From an uncultured Gemmatimonadales bacterium (GTDB taxonomy: Bacteria; Gemmatimonadota; Gemmatimonadetes; Gemmatimonadales; Gemmatimonadaceae), in NCBI GenBank assembly GCA_963702945.1, contig OY969773.1:591073-655072 (forward strand): a stretch of DNA of 64,000 nt. Reading direction: 5' to 3'. The translations under genes were made by a program, and so were the position numbers. The notes beneath the pieces were generated by a model, which was not told the origin of the DNA, searched no databases, and was given only the letters and a program-made list of their open reading frames with translations. Each line of letters starts with the position of its first letter. Positions within the stretch are counted from its first letter, which is position 1. Shown here piece by piece: positions 55,733 through 64,000 of this stretch.

Positions 55733-56672
55733 TCGCAACTCCAGCGACTTCAGGTGCATGTTCGAACGCACCCGCGAGTTGGAGAGCATCGCGGACCCGC
55801 TCACGATGGGCCTCCGCAAGCGGGACGAGCGGAAGTCGAAGCGCGTTCTCGCACACGCCTAACATCTCGAGGGCGGCCTTCGCAGGGATGGGATTCGACT
55901 CGATGAACGCGGCATCCATCCACGCCGCGAGGCGCCGGTGTGTCTCGAGCGCGGCGTCAGCCTCGCCGGTTGCGGCCATGTCGCAGAGCTGCGCCATCGC
56001 TCGCGGCGTCGCGTTGGACACGACGGAAACGACGCCCTCCGCACCGAGACCGATCATTGACAACGTCAACGCGTCCTCGCCCGAGAGTACCGCGAAGTCG
56101 GCCGGCCGGTCGCGCAGAATGGCGTCGACCTGCGCCAGATTCCCCGACGCTTCCTTGATCGCCACGATGTTGGGCACCATCGCCAGTCGCAGCGTGGTCG
56201 CCGCCTCCATGTTGCTCGCCGTGCGACCTGGGACGTTGTAGAGCACGACGGGCAGCTCCGTCGCATCCGCGATCGCCCGGAAGTGCGCCTCGATGCCACG
56301 CTGCGGTGGCTTGCTGTACATCGGCGAGACGTGGAGCAGATGCGTCGCGCCCGCCTCACGCATCGCACGCGAGAACGCGATTGCCCGGTGCGTGTCGTTC
56401 GACCCCGCACCCGCGACCACGGGCACCCGCCCATCCACAACCTCGACGACGATCTCGACGACGCGGCGATGCTCGTCGATGGTCAGCGTCGCGGCCTCGC
56501 CTGTCGATCCGCACGGCACCAGGAAGTGCACGCCTTCGGCCAACTGCCACGCCACGAGTCGCCGGAGCGCACCCTCGTCTACGGCGCCGTCGCGCGTGAA
56601 TGGCGTCACGAGCGCCGTCCCGCATCCGCGGAGCGGCGCGCCCGGGCGCCTCGTCGTGGTGCCTGCTGTCAT
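55725..56672 (-). CDS. dapA: 4-hydroxy-tetrahydrodipicolinate synthase
   Basis: ALVTPF, GSTGE, LYNVPGRT, IKEASG, NPIP.K. Confidence 0.96.
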   Translation of the reverse strand: MTAGTTTRRPGAPLRGCGTALVTPFTRDGAVDEGALRRLVAWQLAEGVHFLVPCGSTGEAATLTIDEHRRVVEIVVEVVDGRVPVVAGAGSNDTHRAIAFSRAMREAGATHLLHVSPMYSKPPQRGIEAHFRAIADATELPVVLYNVPGRTASNMEAATTLRLAMVPNIVAIKEASGNLAQVDAILRDRPADFAVLSGEDALTLSMIGLGAEGVVSVVSNATPRAMAQLCDMAATGEADAALETHRRLAAWMDAAFIESNPIPAKAALEMLGVCENALRLPLVPLAEAHRERVRDALQLAGAFEHAPEVAGVANV

Positions 56673-57382
56673 CGTCTTGTCTCCGACGCGTCGGCCGCGG
56701 GCGCGAGCACGTCCTGCATGGTGTAGAAGCCGGGCGCGCGCGGGGCGGCGAGCCAGCGCGCGGCGACGAGAGCGCCGGACGCGAACACGCGACGGTCGCG
56801 CGCCTCGTGCGTCAGGCGCACCTGTTCATAGGGCGCATCGAAGAGCAGCGTATGCGTACCCGGCACCGAGCCGACCCGCACGCTCGTGATCGCTGGCGGC
56901 GAGCCGCGCCGCGCAGCGTCCGCGAGGGCGAGCGCGGTACCGGAGGGCGCATCCTTCTTTGCCGCATGATGCGTCTCGACGAGGTGCGCGTCGAAGCCGG
57001 CCGCGTCGAGTGCGGCCGTCAGCTGTGCGACGGCGCCAAGCAGTGCGTTCACGCCGAGTGAGAAGTTCGCCGCCCAGAGCGCCCGCGCGCCCACGGCCGT
57101 GAGCTCGCCGCGGATCGCATCCGTCGGACCGCCCCAGCCGGTCGTCCCGATGACGACCGGGCAGGACGCCGCGACGCACGCGCGCAGGTTCCCGAGCGCG
57201 GCGCCCGGCTCCGTGAACTCGATCGCCACCTCGGCGCCGCCTAACGTACCGGGGTCGATCGCGTCACCGCGCCCGAGCATCGCGACGACGTCGACGCCGT
57301 GCTCGACGGCAAGGGCATCGATCGCGCGCCCCATCTTGCCCCGGCCGATGACCGCGGCCCGCACACGCGGACGTTCACTCAT
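56669..57382 (-). CDS. dapB: 4-hydroxy-tetrahydrodipicolinate reductase
   Basis: GRGKMG, VIGTTG, ANFSLG, ETHH..KKDAPSGTA. Confidence 0.95.
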   Translation of the reverse strand: MSERPRVRAAVIGRGKMGRAIDALAVEHGVDVVAMLGRGDAIDPGTLGGAEVAIEFTEPGAALGNLRACVAASCPVVIGTTGWGGPTDAIRGELTAVGARALWAANFSLGVNALLGAVAQLTAALDAAGFDAHLVETHHAAKKDAPSGTALALADAARRGSPPAITSVRVGSVPGTHTLLFDAPYEQVRLTHEARDRRVFASGALVAARWLAAPRAPGFYTMQDVLAPAADASETRR

Positions 57383-58749
57383 GGCACGCTTGCTTCTGTC
57401 GGGGCTGCGAAGAATGCATCGTGCAGGCGCTGCATCGCGGGGCCGACCTGTGCCGAATCGAGTACGAGCGTCAGGTTGATCCCGGTCGCGCTGACGGTGG
57501 CCATGTGCACGCGCACATCGGCGCCGAGCGCGGCGAACGCGCGCGCCAGCGCCGTCGGATCGTCCGTCAGCCCTGCGCCGACTACCGAGACGATACCGCG
57601 CCCGCGTTCGACGCTCACGTCGCCGAAGGCGCGCAGGTCGGCGACGAGCGCATCGACGCGCGTCGCGTCGTCGAGCGTCACGCTCAGTGACACCTCGGAC
57701 GTCGCTATCACGTCGACGGACGTGTTGTGCCGCATGAACACGTCGAACACGTTGCGCAGGTAGCCATGGGCGAGCAGCATGCGCGCGGAGCGCAGCTTGA
57801 CGACCGTCGTCTCGGGTTTCGCAGCGACCGCGCTGACGGCGCGACGCGGTGCGTCGGCGGTGATGAGCGTCCCGGTCCCGCCGGGCCGACGCGAGTTGTA
57901 GACGTAGACCGGGATTCCGCGACGTACCGCCGGGGTGATCGTGCTCGGGTGCAGCACCTTGGCGCCGAAGCTGGCGAGTTCCGACGCCTCGTCGAAGCGG
58001 ATGCGTTCGATCAATCGTGCGTGCGGGACGACGCGCGGATCGGCAGTCAGCATGCCGTCAACGTCGGTCCAGATTTCGATCGCGTCGGCCTGCAGCGCCG
58101 CGCCGAGCAGTGATGCCGAGTAATCCGAGCCACCGCGGCCTAACGTCGTCGTGATGCCGTCACGCGTGGCGCCGACGAAGCCACCGGTGACGGGCAGTCG
58201 CCCCTCCCGGAGCAGTGGCAGGACGCGGTTCCGCGCCGACTCGGCGATCGCCTCCGCCTGCGGTTCGGCTCGGCCGAACGTGTCGTCGGTGATCATCAAC
58301 TGCCGCGGATCGACGGTTTCGGTCGCAACGCCCTGGGCACGCAGCGCGCCCGCGACGATCGGTGCGGAGAGGAGTTCTCCCTGGCCGGCAATCGCGTCGA
58401 GCGTGCGAGGCGTGAGATATCCGAACACGCTCAGCGCCTCGGCGAGTCGGGCGAGCTCGTCGAACGACGCGCTGACCTCGCCGGCGAGGTCGGCGCCCTC
58501 GCTTCCCGGTACGAGCGCAGCGACCGCGTCGAGGTGGCGCTGTCGTAGCGCGGCCACCGCGCTCAGCGCGCCGACGAGATGGCCGCGTGCCGCCTGCTCT
58601 GCGAGTGAGAGCAGCGCGTTCGTCACGCCCGCCATCGCCGACACGACCACGAGCGGGCGCGCGACCAATCGCCCGCGCACGATCTCCACGGCTCGCGCGA
58701 TCGCCTCCGGATCCCCGACGGACGTGCCGCCGAACTTGATGACGATCAT
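57379..58749 (-). CDS. lysC: Aspartokinase
   Basis: [36 protein letters not shown] domains. Confidence 0.96.
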   Translation of the reverse strand: MIVIKFGGTSVGDPEAIARAVEIVRGRLVARPLVVVSAMAGVTNALLSLAEQAARGHLVGALSAVAALRQRHLDAVAALVPGSEGADLAGEVSASFDELARLAEALSVFGYLTPRTLDAIAGQGELLSAPIVAGALRAQGVATETVDPRQLMITDDTFGRAEPQAEAIAESARNRVLPLLREGRLPVTGGFVGATRDGITTTLGRGGSDYSASLLGAALQADAIEIWTDVDGMLTADPRVVPHARLIERIRFDEASELASFGAKVLHPSTITPAVRRGIPVYVYNSRRPGGTGTLITADAPRRAVSAVAAKPETTVVKLRSARMLLAHGYLRNVFDVFMRHNTSVDVIATSEVSLSVTLDDATRVDALVADLRAFGDVSVERGRGIVSVVGAGLTDDPTALARAFAALGADVRVHMATVSATGINLTLVLDSAQVGPAMQRLHDAFFAAPTEASVP

Positions 58750-58774
58750 CGTCGCACGTTCGGAAGCAAGGCGG

Positions 58775-59939
58775 TCAGCGCCGGAAGGGACCGACTGGAC
58801 CGTCGCACGGCGGTGCGCCTAACGCGAGCAGCTCCGCGTTGAGCACGGAGCCACCGGCCGCGCCGCGAATCGTGTTGTGGCCCATCGCGACGAAACGGAC
58901 GTCGAGGATCGGGTCTTCTCGCACGCGGCCGACGGTGACGCTCATGCCCGCGCCCGACGTCGCGGTCGCGCCTCGGTTGTGGGCGATCACTCGCGTCGGT
59001 GACGACGATCGGCGACGCGGGGGCGCTCGGACAGCGTGCGAGCCACGGGCCGAGCGCGTCCGGCCCGCGCCAATGCCCGAGCGCGTCGACGACATCGGCT
59101 GGGGTCGCGCGGCGTGCGAAGCCGACCGACAGGCATGCGGTGTGTCCGTGCTCGACGGCGACACGGTTCGCGTGCGCCGCGACACGCACGTCATGGTCGC
59201 GTGCCATGCCGGCGTCGATCGTGCCCAACAGCTTTCGGAGCTCGGCCTCGATCTTCGGCTCCTCGTCGGCGATGTACGGGACGACGTTTCCAAGGATGTC
59301 GAGCGACGGTACGCCGGGATATCCGGCACCCGAGACCGCTTGCATGGTCGCCACGAACACGCGCTCGACGCCGAACGCCGCGTGCAGCGGCGCAAGGGCC
59401 ATCGCGATCACCGTCGCGGAACAGTTGGCGTTGGTGACTAACGCACCGGTCTCGGGCCAGCCGCGGCGGGCCGCCTGCGTGCGCAGCAGTCCGGCCTGCC
59501 CCCAATTGACCTCGGGGATGAGCAGCGGCACGTCAGGCGCCATCCGATAGCTCTTCGCGTTGCTCAACACGAGACGGCCAGCCGCCGCGAACGCGGGCTC
59601 GACCGACTCCGCGGCGGCGCTGTCGAGCGCGCTGAACACGATGGGCGCCGTCACGGCCGCAGGATCACACGGAAGTACAACGCGGTCGCGCAACGCGCGC
59701 GGCATCTCGCCCTCGAGCCACCGCGTCGCGTCCGCGTACGTGCGCCCGGCGGAACGCTCCGAGGCGGCCAGCTCGGTCACCTCGAACCACGGATGGCCGT
59801 CGAGGAGGCGCACGAAGGTTTGGCCGACCGCGCCGGTGGCGCCGAGGACGGCGACCGGCCACCGCTCGCCGTTCGGCGCCCCGCCTGGCGCGAGTGTCGC
59901 GGGCGCGGCGTCCGTCGCGACCGCCTGTTGTCGCGTCAT
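58775..59939 (-). CDS. asd: Aspartate-semialdehyde dehydrogenase (archaeal/fungal-like type), +1 frameshift in a G-run near 58954
   Basis: [13 protein letters not shown] catalytic Cys, QAVSGAG, DRPQPR; [17 protein letters not shown] in the shifted frame. Confidence 0.94.
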
Positions 59940-59949
59940 CCGCCCGGCG

Positions 59950-60951
59950 TTAGACGAGCAGCGCGCGCGCGATCCGCTCGTACGCGTCCACGCTCTCGCG
60001 GAGCTCGTCGACCGCGACGTACTCCTCGGAGGTGTGCGCGACGGTGATCGAGCCGGGGCCGAACAGGAGCGGCGTACCCCAGCGCCCGAGCAGCGGAATG
60101 TCCGACGTGTAGGAGACGGGCGCGACGTCGAAGCCGTCGATCGTGCGAAAGCGTTGGGCGGGGATGTAGGAGCCCCATTCGAGCTGCGCCGTGTTCCCGG
60201 CCCACGCGGTGAGCTGCGCACGCACCGGCTCCGGATCACCGACGAGGCGGAACATGATCTCGGCCTCAGCGGCGCCGGGAACGATGTTCGCCTCCGAGCC
60301 GCCGCGGATCACACCGACGTTGAACGTCGTTGCGCCTAACGTCTCATCGCTCGGCCATTCGAGCGTGCGGAGCGACGCGAGCAGATCGACGAGGGGATCG
60401 ATCGCGGATCGCCCGAGGTGCGCGTATGCGGAGTGCGCCTCGCGCCCACGCGTGCGTACCGTAACGCGAAGCGACCCCTTCGCTCCGCTCGCCAGCTTGC
60501 TCTCCGTCGGCTCGCCGTTGACGAGCCACGCACTGGTCGCGAGCAGGTGGTTCGCGGCGCGCGCGCCGTCCGAACCCTTCTCCTCGCCGACGAGGAACAG
60601 CAGGTCGATGCGCTCCTCACCGGCGCGCGCGAGTCGGTCCGCCGCGACCATCATCGCGGCCGCGATCCCCTTCGCGTCGGCCGACCCGCGACCGTAGAGG
60701 CGCGTTCCTTCGAGGCGCGGCGGGTAGTACGGCGGGACCGTGTCGAGGTGCGTCGAGAAGGTGACGCCACCGCCGCGGCGTGTTGCCCACACGTTGCTCC
60801 GCCCTGGCGAGACTTCCTGCAACATCACGTCCCAGCCACGACGAATGAGCCAACCCGAGACGAAATCGACGGCCGGCCCTTCGGCGCCGGTCGACGACTG
60901 CGCGGCAAGCAGTTCGGCGGCGAGCGCGACGACGTCTGCGGCGGGGTGCAT
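59950..60951 (-). CDS. M20 family (ArgE/DapE-like) amidohydrolase; first gene of the dap operon, so a candidate DapE
   Basis: STHLDTV, GRGSADAKG, GEE, NGEPT, AHS, GPG...AHT.EE. Confidence 0.88.
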   Translation of the reverse strand: MHPAADVVALAAELLAAQSSTGAEGPAVDFVSGWLIRRGWDVMLQEVSPGRSNVWATRRGGGVTFSTHLDTVPPYYPPRLEGTRLYGRGSADAKGIAAAMMVAADRLARAGEERIDLLFLVGEEKGSDGARAANHLLATSAWLVNGEPTESKLASGAKGSLRVTVRTRGREAHSAYAHLGRSAIDPLVDLLASLRTLEWPSDETLGATTFNVGVIRGGSEANIVPGAAEAEIMFRLVGDPEPVRAQLTAWAGNTAQLEWGSYIPAQRFRTIDGFDVAPVSYTSDIPLLGRWGTPLLFGPGSITVAHTSEEYVAVDELRESVDAYERIARALLV

Positions 60952-61051
60952 GGCGCGCAAAGCTAACGGTCCCGCGCGTGAGGTGCCACGCGCGGGACCG
61001 TGTGGTCGCCGACCGCGGCTGCGAACGCCGCGAGGGTCGGCCGCCCGTTGC

Positions 61052-61576
61052 TCAGTACGCGTTCGGCTGGCCGGTCACGCTCGCTTGCGAGGCGGTCGCG
61101 TCCGCTGCGCGCGCATGTTCGACGAAGAGTTGGGCGACGAGGTTGTTGGCGTCCTCGACGTACTGTGCGTGGTGACGCTGCCCCATTTCGCCGATCTCGC
61201 GCAACTGCGGTTCGTTCAGCTGGCTACCCGCCGCGGCAAAGGTGCGGAACGTGTCCTCGGACTGGCGCGCGGTCACGATGTCGCCCACGAGACGCAGAAA
61301 ATCGCTCTCGCGCGCCGCGTCGGCGAGGTCGCGCGCGATGCCGAGCGCGGCGCCAAGTGCCTTCTTCCCCGCACCGAGCTCGGCGCCGATCGACTGCTGA
61401 TACGACTCGAGCATGCGCTGATGATCGCGCATGTGCGGGATGTAGCGACTGCAGAGGTCACGGTAGCGCGCGTCTTCGGCCTGACCCTCGTGATCTTCGA
61501 GGTTCTTCAGGAACGTCTGGTGCTGCATGACGGCGTTGTTGACCTGGCTCTTCAAAAAATCTCGTCCGCGATCCAT
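61052..61576 (-). CDS. Hypothetical helical protein, possibly ferritin-like (YciF/DUF892-like)
   Basis: GAGGA RBS before ATG 61576; GC3-rich codons; His/Glu/Asp/Gln-studded helices. Confidence 0.7.
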   Translation of the reverse strand: MDRGRDFLKSQVNNAVMQHQTFLKNLEDHEGQAEDARYRDLCSRYIPHMRDHQRMLESYQQSIGAELGAGKKALGAALGIARDLADAARESDFLRLVGDIVTARQSEDTFRTFAAAGSQLNEPQLREIGEMGQRHHAQYVEDANNLVAQLFVEHARAADATASQASVTGQPNAY

Positions 61577-61767
61577 GGCATTCCTCGGAGTGAAGGTGAT
61601 CGATCGCAGCGATTTGCACGTCGCGCGCCACCTGCGGACCGCGTTCAGGGACAGCCGCGCGAATCGGGCAGGCGGATGGGGAACGTTTGTCGGCTGCCGC
61701 GTGTAAGCCATTGTACAACATCGACTTAGTCCCGCGTACAGTGCTCCGTTCCGGCGCGCGCTGGACG

Positions 61768-61796
61768 TTGACCGCGCCCGGACTTTCGGGTAATAT
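61768..61796 (+). promoter_or_regulatory. Sigma70-type promoter for the H1-like gene
   Basis: TTGACC-17 bp-TAATAT. Confidence 0.65.
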
Positions 61797-61834
61797 TCGG
61801 TCCGCAATTCGCCCGCTCTTTTGCCCTCCTCGTC

Positions 61835-62560
61835 GTGCCGACCCCGCGCTCCGCGTCGCGCCGTACCCCGGCCAAGGCTCCCGTCCGTGCGGCGGTAGCG
61901 CGTAGCACATCGTTGGCGTCTGGTAGGCAAACGCCGCCAAGTTCGCGTGGGGCAAAGCCGGCGAAACATGTCGAGCGTGTGCCCGCGAAGGCGTCGGCGC
62001 CGAAACAGGCGCGCACGGTCGTGGCGACTCGGTCCGCGGCTACGAAGCCACCGACGCGGACCGCGACGAAGCCGACGACGAAGAAGCAGGCCGAGACGAC
62101 GCGGACCGCGGCGAGGTCAACCGATGCGCGGGTGCCGCCGAAGGCCGCGAAGCTCGTGCACATTGCGACTCGGAAACCGGCAGCGCCCGCCAAGGCGCCG
62201 GGTCGCTCCGCGACCCCGGTAAAGCCTGTGAAGCACGTCGCGGCGAACGCGCGCACCGTGGTGAAGTCGCGGCCTGCTCCGTCGTCTCGGGGCGCTGCGC
62301 GTCGCGCGGCGCCGGACAAGAGCGCGATCACGCGACTCGTCCGCATCAAGGCCCTCGATCCGTGCGCGCGTTGTGGGCCGAGCACGTCAGTCGAGCAGCT
62401 CTATCGCGTCGACGAGCAGGTCGCGGGGACCGCGACCGTGCACCTCGTCTTCTTCGACCGGCACGGGTGGTACTGCGTGCACGGCGCGAGCTGCGTGGCC
62501 GTGCGCGACGTCCATGCAGAACTCAAGGCGCAACGCGCCGCAGCGGGACGGCGCGCATAG
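61835..62560 (+). CDS. Hypothetical protein: Lys/Ala/Pro/Thr-rich histone-H1-like N-region plus Cys/His C-terminal domain
   Basis: About 160 aa of PAKA/TKP repeats, then CARC...HLVFFDRHGWYCVHGASC; promoter upstream. Confidence 0.72.
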   Translation: MPTPRSASRRTPAKAPVRAAVARSTSLASGRQTPPSSRGAKPAKHVERVPAKASAPKQARTVVATRSAATKPPTRTATKPTTKKQAETTRTAARSTDARVPPKAAKLVHIATRKPAAPAKAPGRSATPVKPVKHVAANARTVVKSRPAPSSRGAARRAAPDKSAITRLVRIKALDPCARCGPSTSVEQLYRVDEQVAGTATVHLVFFDRHGWYCVHGASCVAVRDVHAELKAQRAAAGRRA

Positions 62561-62723
62561 CGAAAGCGAATCCATGCGAGTTCGGGCGACGCGCTCACGC
62601 GTCGGCCTCGGGGTGCACGTCGCGCGCGGCGGCCGGCATCCGACGTAGACGTTCCGCGCGGTAGCGGTTCACCTCACGCCCCCTCGACCGGGGCAGCCTC
62701 AGACTGGACGGACGAGAGTCGCA

Positions 62724-63632
62724 ATGATTGCACGCCACGACGCCCCCACCTCCCTCGACAAGCCGAACCTGTGGTCCGCGCTTGCTGCGCCCCTCGACGC
62801 CGACGCGACCGCGTGGCGGCCGGAGGGTGGCCCCGTCGCGCGCGACGGCGGCTGGTACGTTCGGTATGTCGCCCACCCGGGCGTGAACGCGGTGCGCGAG
62901 CGCCTCGATCGCGTCGTCCCGGGTGAGTGGGATCTCACACTGGAACTGCTGCCGTCGCTCCCCGCGCGCGCCGGTGAACCCCAGGAGTGCGCGTTCAAGG
63001 CGCGCCTCCAGATCCTCGGCGTGATCCGCGAGGACGTCGGGATGGGCCCCGACTACAAGGCCGCCGCAAACGATGCGCTCGCGCGTGCTGCGGTACGCTT
63101 CGGGATCGGGCACGAACTCACGGAGCGCGAGCCGAATTGGGTCGCGGTCGATGGGCCAGAGACGCCGCGCGCGTACGAGGCGCCGGCGATCGCCGACGCA
63201 CGACGCGCCGGTGCTGCCGAGGCACGTCGGGCGGCGGCTCCGGCTCGGCAGGTGACGGACGTGGTCGAGACGACGTCGGATGACGCGGCGGAGTTTGCGC
63301 CCGTCAGTGATCAAGTCGCGGCGTCTACGGCCGAGGACCCCGCGTGCCCCAAGTGCAACGGGCGCATGTGGGACAACCGTCTCACCAAGCGCAACCCGAA
63401 AGCGCCCGACTTCAAGTGTCGCGACCGGAGCTGCGACGGCGTCGTTTGGCCACCGCGTCCCGGGGAATCGGCCGAGGGTGTGCCGACCAAGCCGGTGGCG
63501 GCTCCGGTCGAGCGGACGGGATCGCGGGCCACGAGCCGCGCGCGCGCGACGTCGAGCGCCGCGGTCGCCGAGCCGCGCTTCGATTCGGCTCCGCTCGGTG
63601 CGCCGATCGACGACGACGACCTGCCATTCTGA
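62724..63632 (+). CDS. Rad52/Rad22 (DdrA-like) single-strand annealing protein with zinc ribbon and SSB-like acidic tail
   Basis: VRERLDRV..GEWD...REDVG...KAAANDALARAAVRFGIGHEL; CPKC..MWDNR...DFKCRDRSC; ends DDDDLPF. Confidence 0.82.
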   Translation: MIARHDAPTSLDKPNLWSALAAPLDADATAWRPEGGPVARDGGWYVRYVAHPGVNAVRERLDRVVPGEWDLTLELLPSLPARAGEPQECAFKARLQILGVIREDVGMGPDYKAAANDALARAAVRFGIGHELTEREPNWVAVDGPETPRAYEAPAIADARRAGAAEARRAAAPARQVTDVVETTSDDAAEFAPVSDQVAASTAEDPACPKCNGRMWDNRLTKRNPKAPDFKCRDRSCDGVVWPPRPGESAEGVPTKPVAAPVERTGSRATSRARATSSAAVAEPRFDSAPLGAPIDDDDLPF

Positions 63633-63676
63633 TCGGCAGTGGTTGCTGCCCGCGTTTACCGCTGGCGCTCTGCACG

Positions 63677-63715
63677 ACAATGGGCCCGCGACGTTCTGCG
63701 TCGCGGGCCCATTGT
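63677..63715. terminator. Perfect 17-bp inverted repeat between the convergent Rad52-like gene and tRNA-Leu
   Basis: ACAATGGGCCCGCGACG-TTCTG-CGTCGCGGGCCCATTGT. Confidence 0.7.
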
Positions 63716-63719
63716 GTCA

Positions 63720-63802
63720 TGCCCGGAGCGGGACTCGAACCCGCACGCCCAGAGGGCCAGGGTTTTTAAGACCCATGCGTCTACCGGTTTCGCCATCCGG
63801 GC
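63720..63802 (-). tRNA. tRNA-Leu (anticodon TAA)
   Basis: GCCCGGA acceptor, GGCGAAACCGGTAGAC D-arm, loop CTTAAAA, long variable arm, GGTTCGAGTCC; CCA not encoded. Confidence 0.95.
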
Positions 63803-63863
63803 CCGTGACCCGTGCGCGTGCCGTGGCGGCCGCGCACGCGTCGTCGCCCTCGCGGGCCCTACA

Positions 63864-63936
63864 AGCGGGAAACGGGACTCGAACCCGCGACCCCAACCTT
63901 GGCAAGGTTGTGCTCTACCAACTGAGCTATTCCCGC
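63864..63936 (-). tRNA. tRNA-Gly (anticodon GCC)
   Basis: GCGGGAATAGCTCAGTTGGTAGAGCACAACCTTGCCAAGGTTG...GGTTCGAGTCCCGTTTCCCGCT; U discriminator. Confidence 0.97.
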
Positions 63937-64000
63937 GCGGACGATCGAACGTAGCCGAGCGAGTCAGACGAGGCAAGCAGCTCGCGGCGTACGTTACGGC

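Larger units (their letters stand above)
560..60340. repeat. Dispersed over-represented heptamer GCCTAAC/GTTAGGC (38 exact copies by manual count)
   Basis: GCCTAAC starts: 560,3321,4023,14080,16051,17272,18453,19388,31066,32538,32939,35385,39009,39680,44128,48154,49610,49895,51751,54636,54867,55857,57239,58138,58817,60334. GTTAGGC starts: 5663,8137,9151,11455,13161,15705,19764,21615,25177,26184,34893,42438. Confidence 0.88.

Noticed and set aside
60952-61051. Lysine riboswitch upstream of the dap operon
   Set aside because: Spacer is only about 100 bp, with a -10-like box next to the ATG and no recognisable L-box
62561-62723. SOS or RDRM operator upstream of the Rad52-like gene
   Set aside because: No match found to GAAC-N4-GTTC, CTGT-N8-ACAG, GTTC-N7-GTTC or the Deinococcus RDRM palindrome
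61000-63720. Prophage remnant at tRNA-Leu, suggested by the phage-like annealase
   Set aside because: No integrase, no repeated tRNA 3' end, no other phage genes, host-like composition
63720-63802. bldA-like regulation through rare TTA codons
   Set aside because: TTA occurs in essential genes (rpsA, proS, hisS, dxr), unlike Streptomyces, and is explained by the heptamer
63720-63936. The adjacent tRNA anticodons GCC and TAA spell GCCTAA and decode the motif's TTA-GGC codon pair
   Set aside because: Gly(GCC)...Leu(TAA) linkage is widespread (E. coli glyW-cysT-leuZ), and the motif also occurs in other frames and strands; treated as coincidence
1-64000. Frequent CGATCG/GCGATCGC (HIP1-like) words
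   Set aside because: Readily produced by the preferred codons GCG-ATC-GCN in a CpG-rich 70% GC genome; cannot be called enriched without a codon-aware null
1-64000. CRISPR array, IS elements or rRNA
   Set aside because: No regularly spaced repeats, transposases or rRNA-like sequence seen

Overview
A GC-rich (~70%) bacterial core-genome segment, probably Gemmatimonadota (inferred from the tmRNA tag ANNNLALAA, gene order and protein style). It holds a pur operon with psd-pssA inserted, ppdK, tmRNA, dusB, guaA-lysA-proS-hisS-folC-accD, mreBCD-mrdA-rodA, ald, rpsO-pnp, a Ser/Thr kinase, rplM-rpsI-rpsB-tsf-pyrH-frr-uppS-cdsA-dxr-rseP, an acyl-CoA carboxylase cluster and the asd-lysC-dapBAD-aroA-cmk-rpsA run. 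At the right end are a ferritin-like gene, a histone-H1-like Zn-domain gene and a Rad52/DdrA-like gene beside tRNA-Leu(TAA) and tRNA-Gly(GCC). I saw no mobile element or CRISPR array. The main unexplained signal is a non-palindromic heptamer, GCCTAAC/GTTAGGC. It occurs 38 times by manual count (about 1 per 1.7 kb), sits in five different reading-frame registers, forces rare TTA/CCT/CTA codons and supplies several stop codons, so it looks like a DNA-level signal (DUS/HIP1/Chi-like). Five +1 frameshifts (lysA, folC, pnp twice, asd) and one in-frame TAG (ald) are most likely assembly errors.
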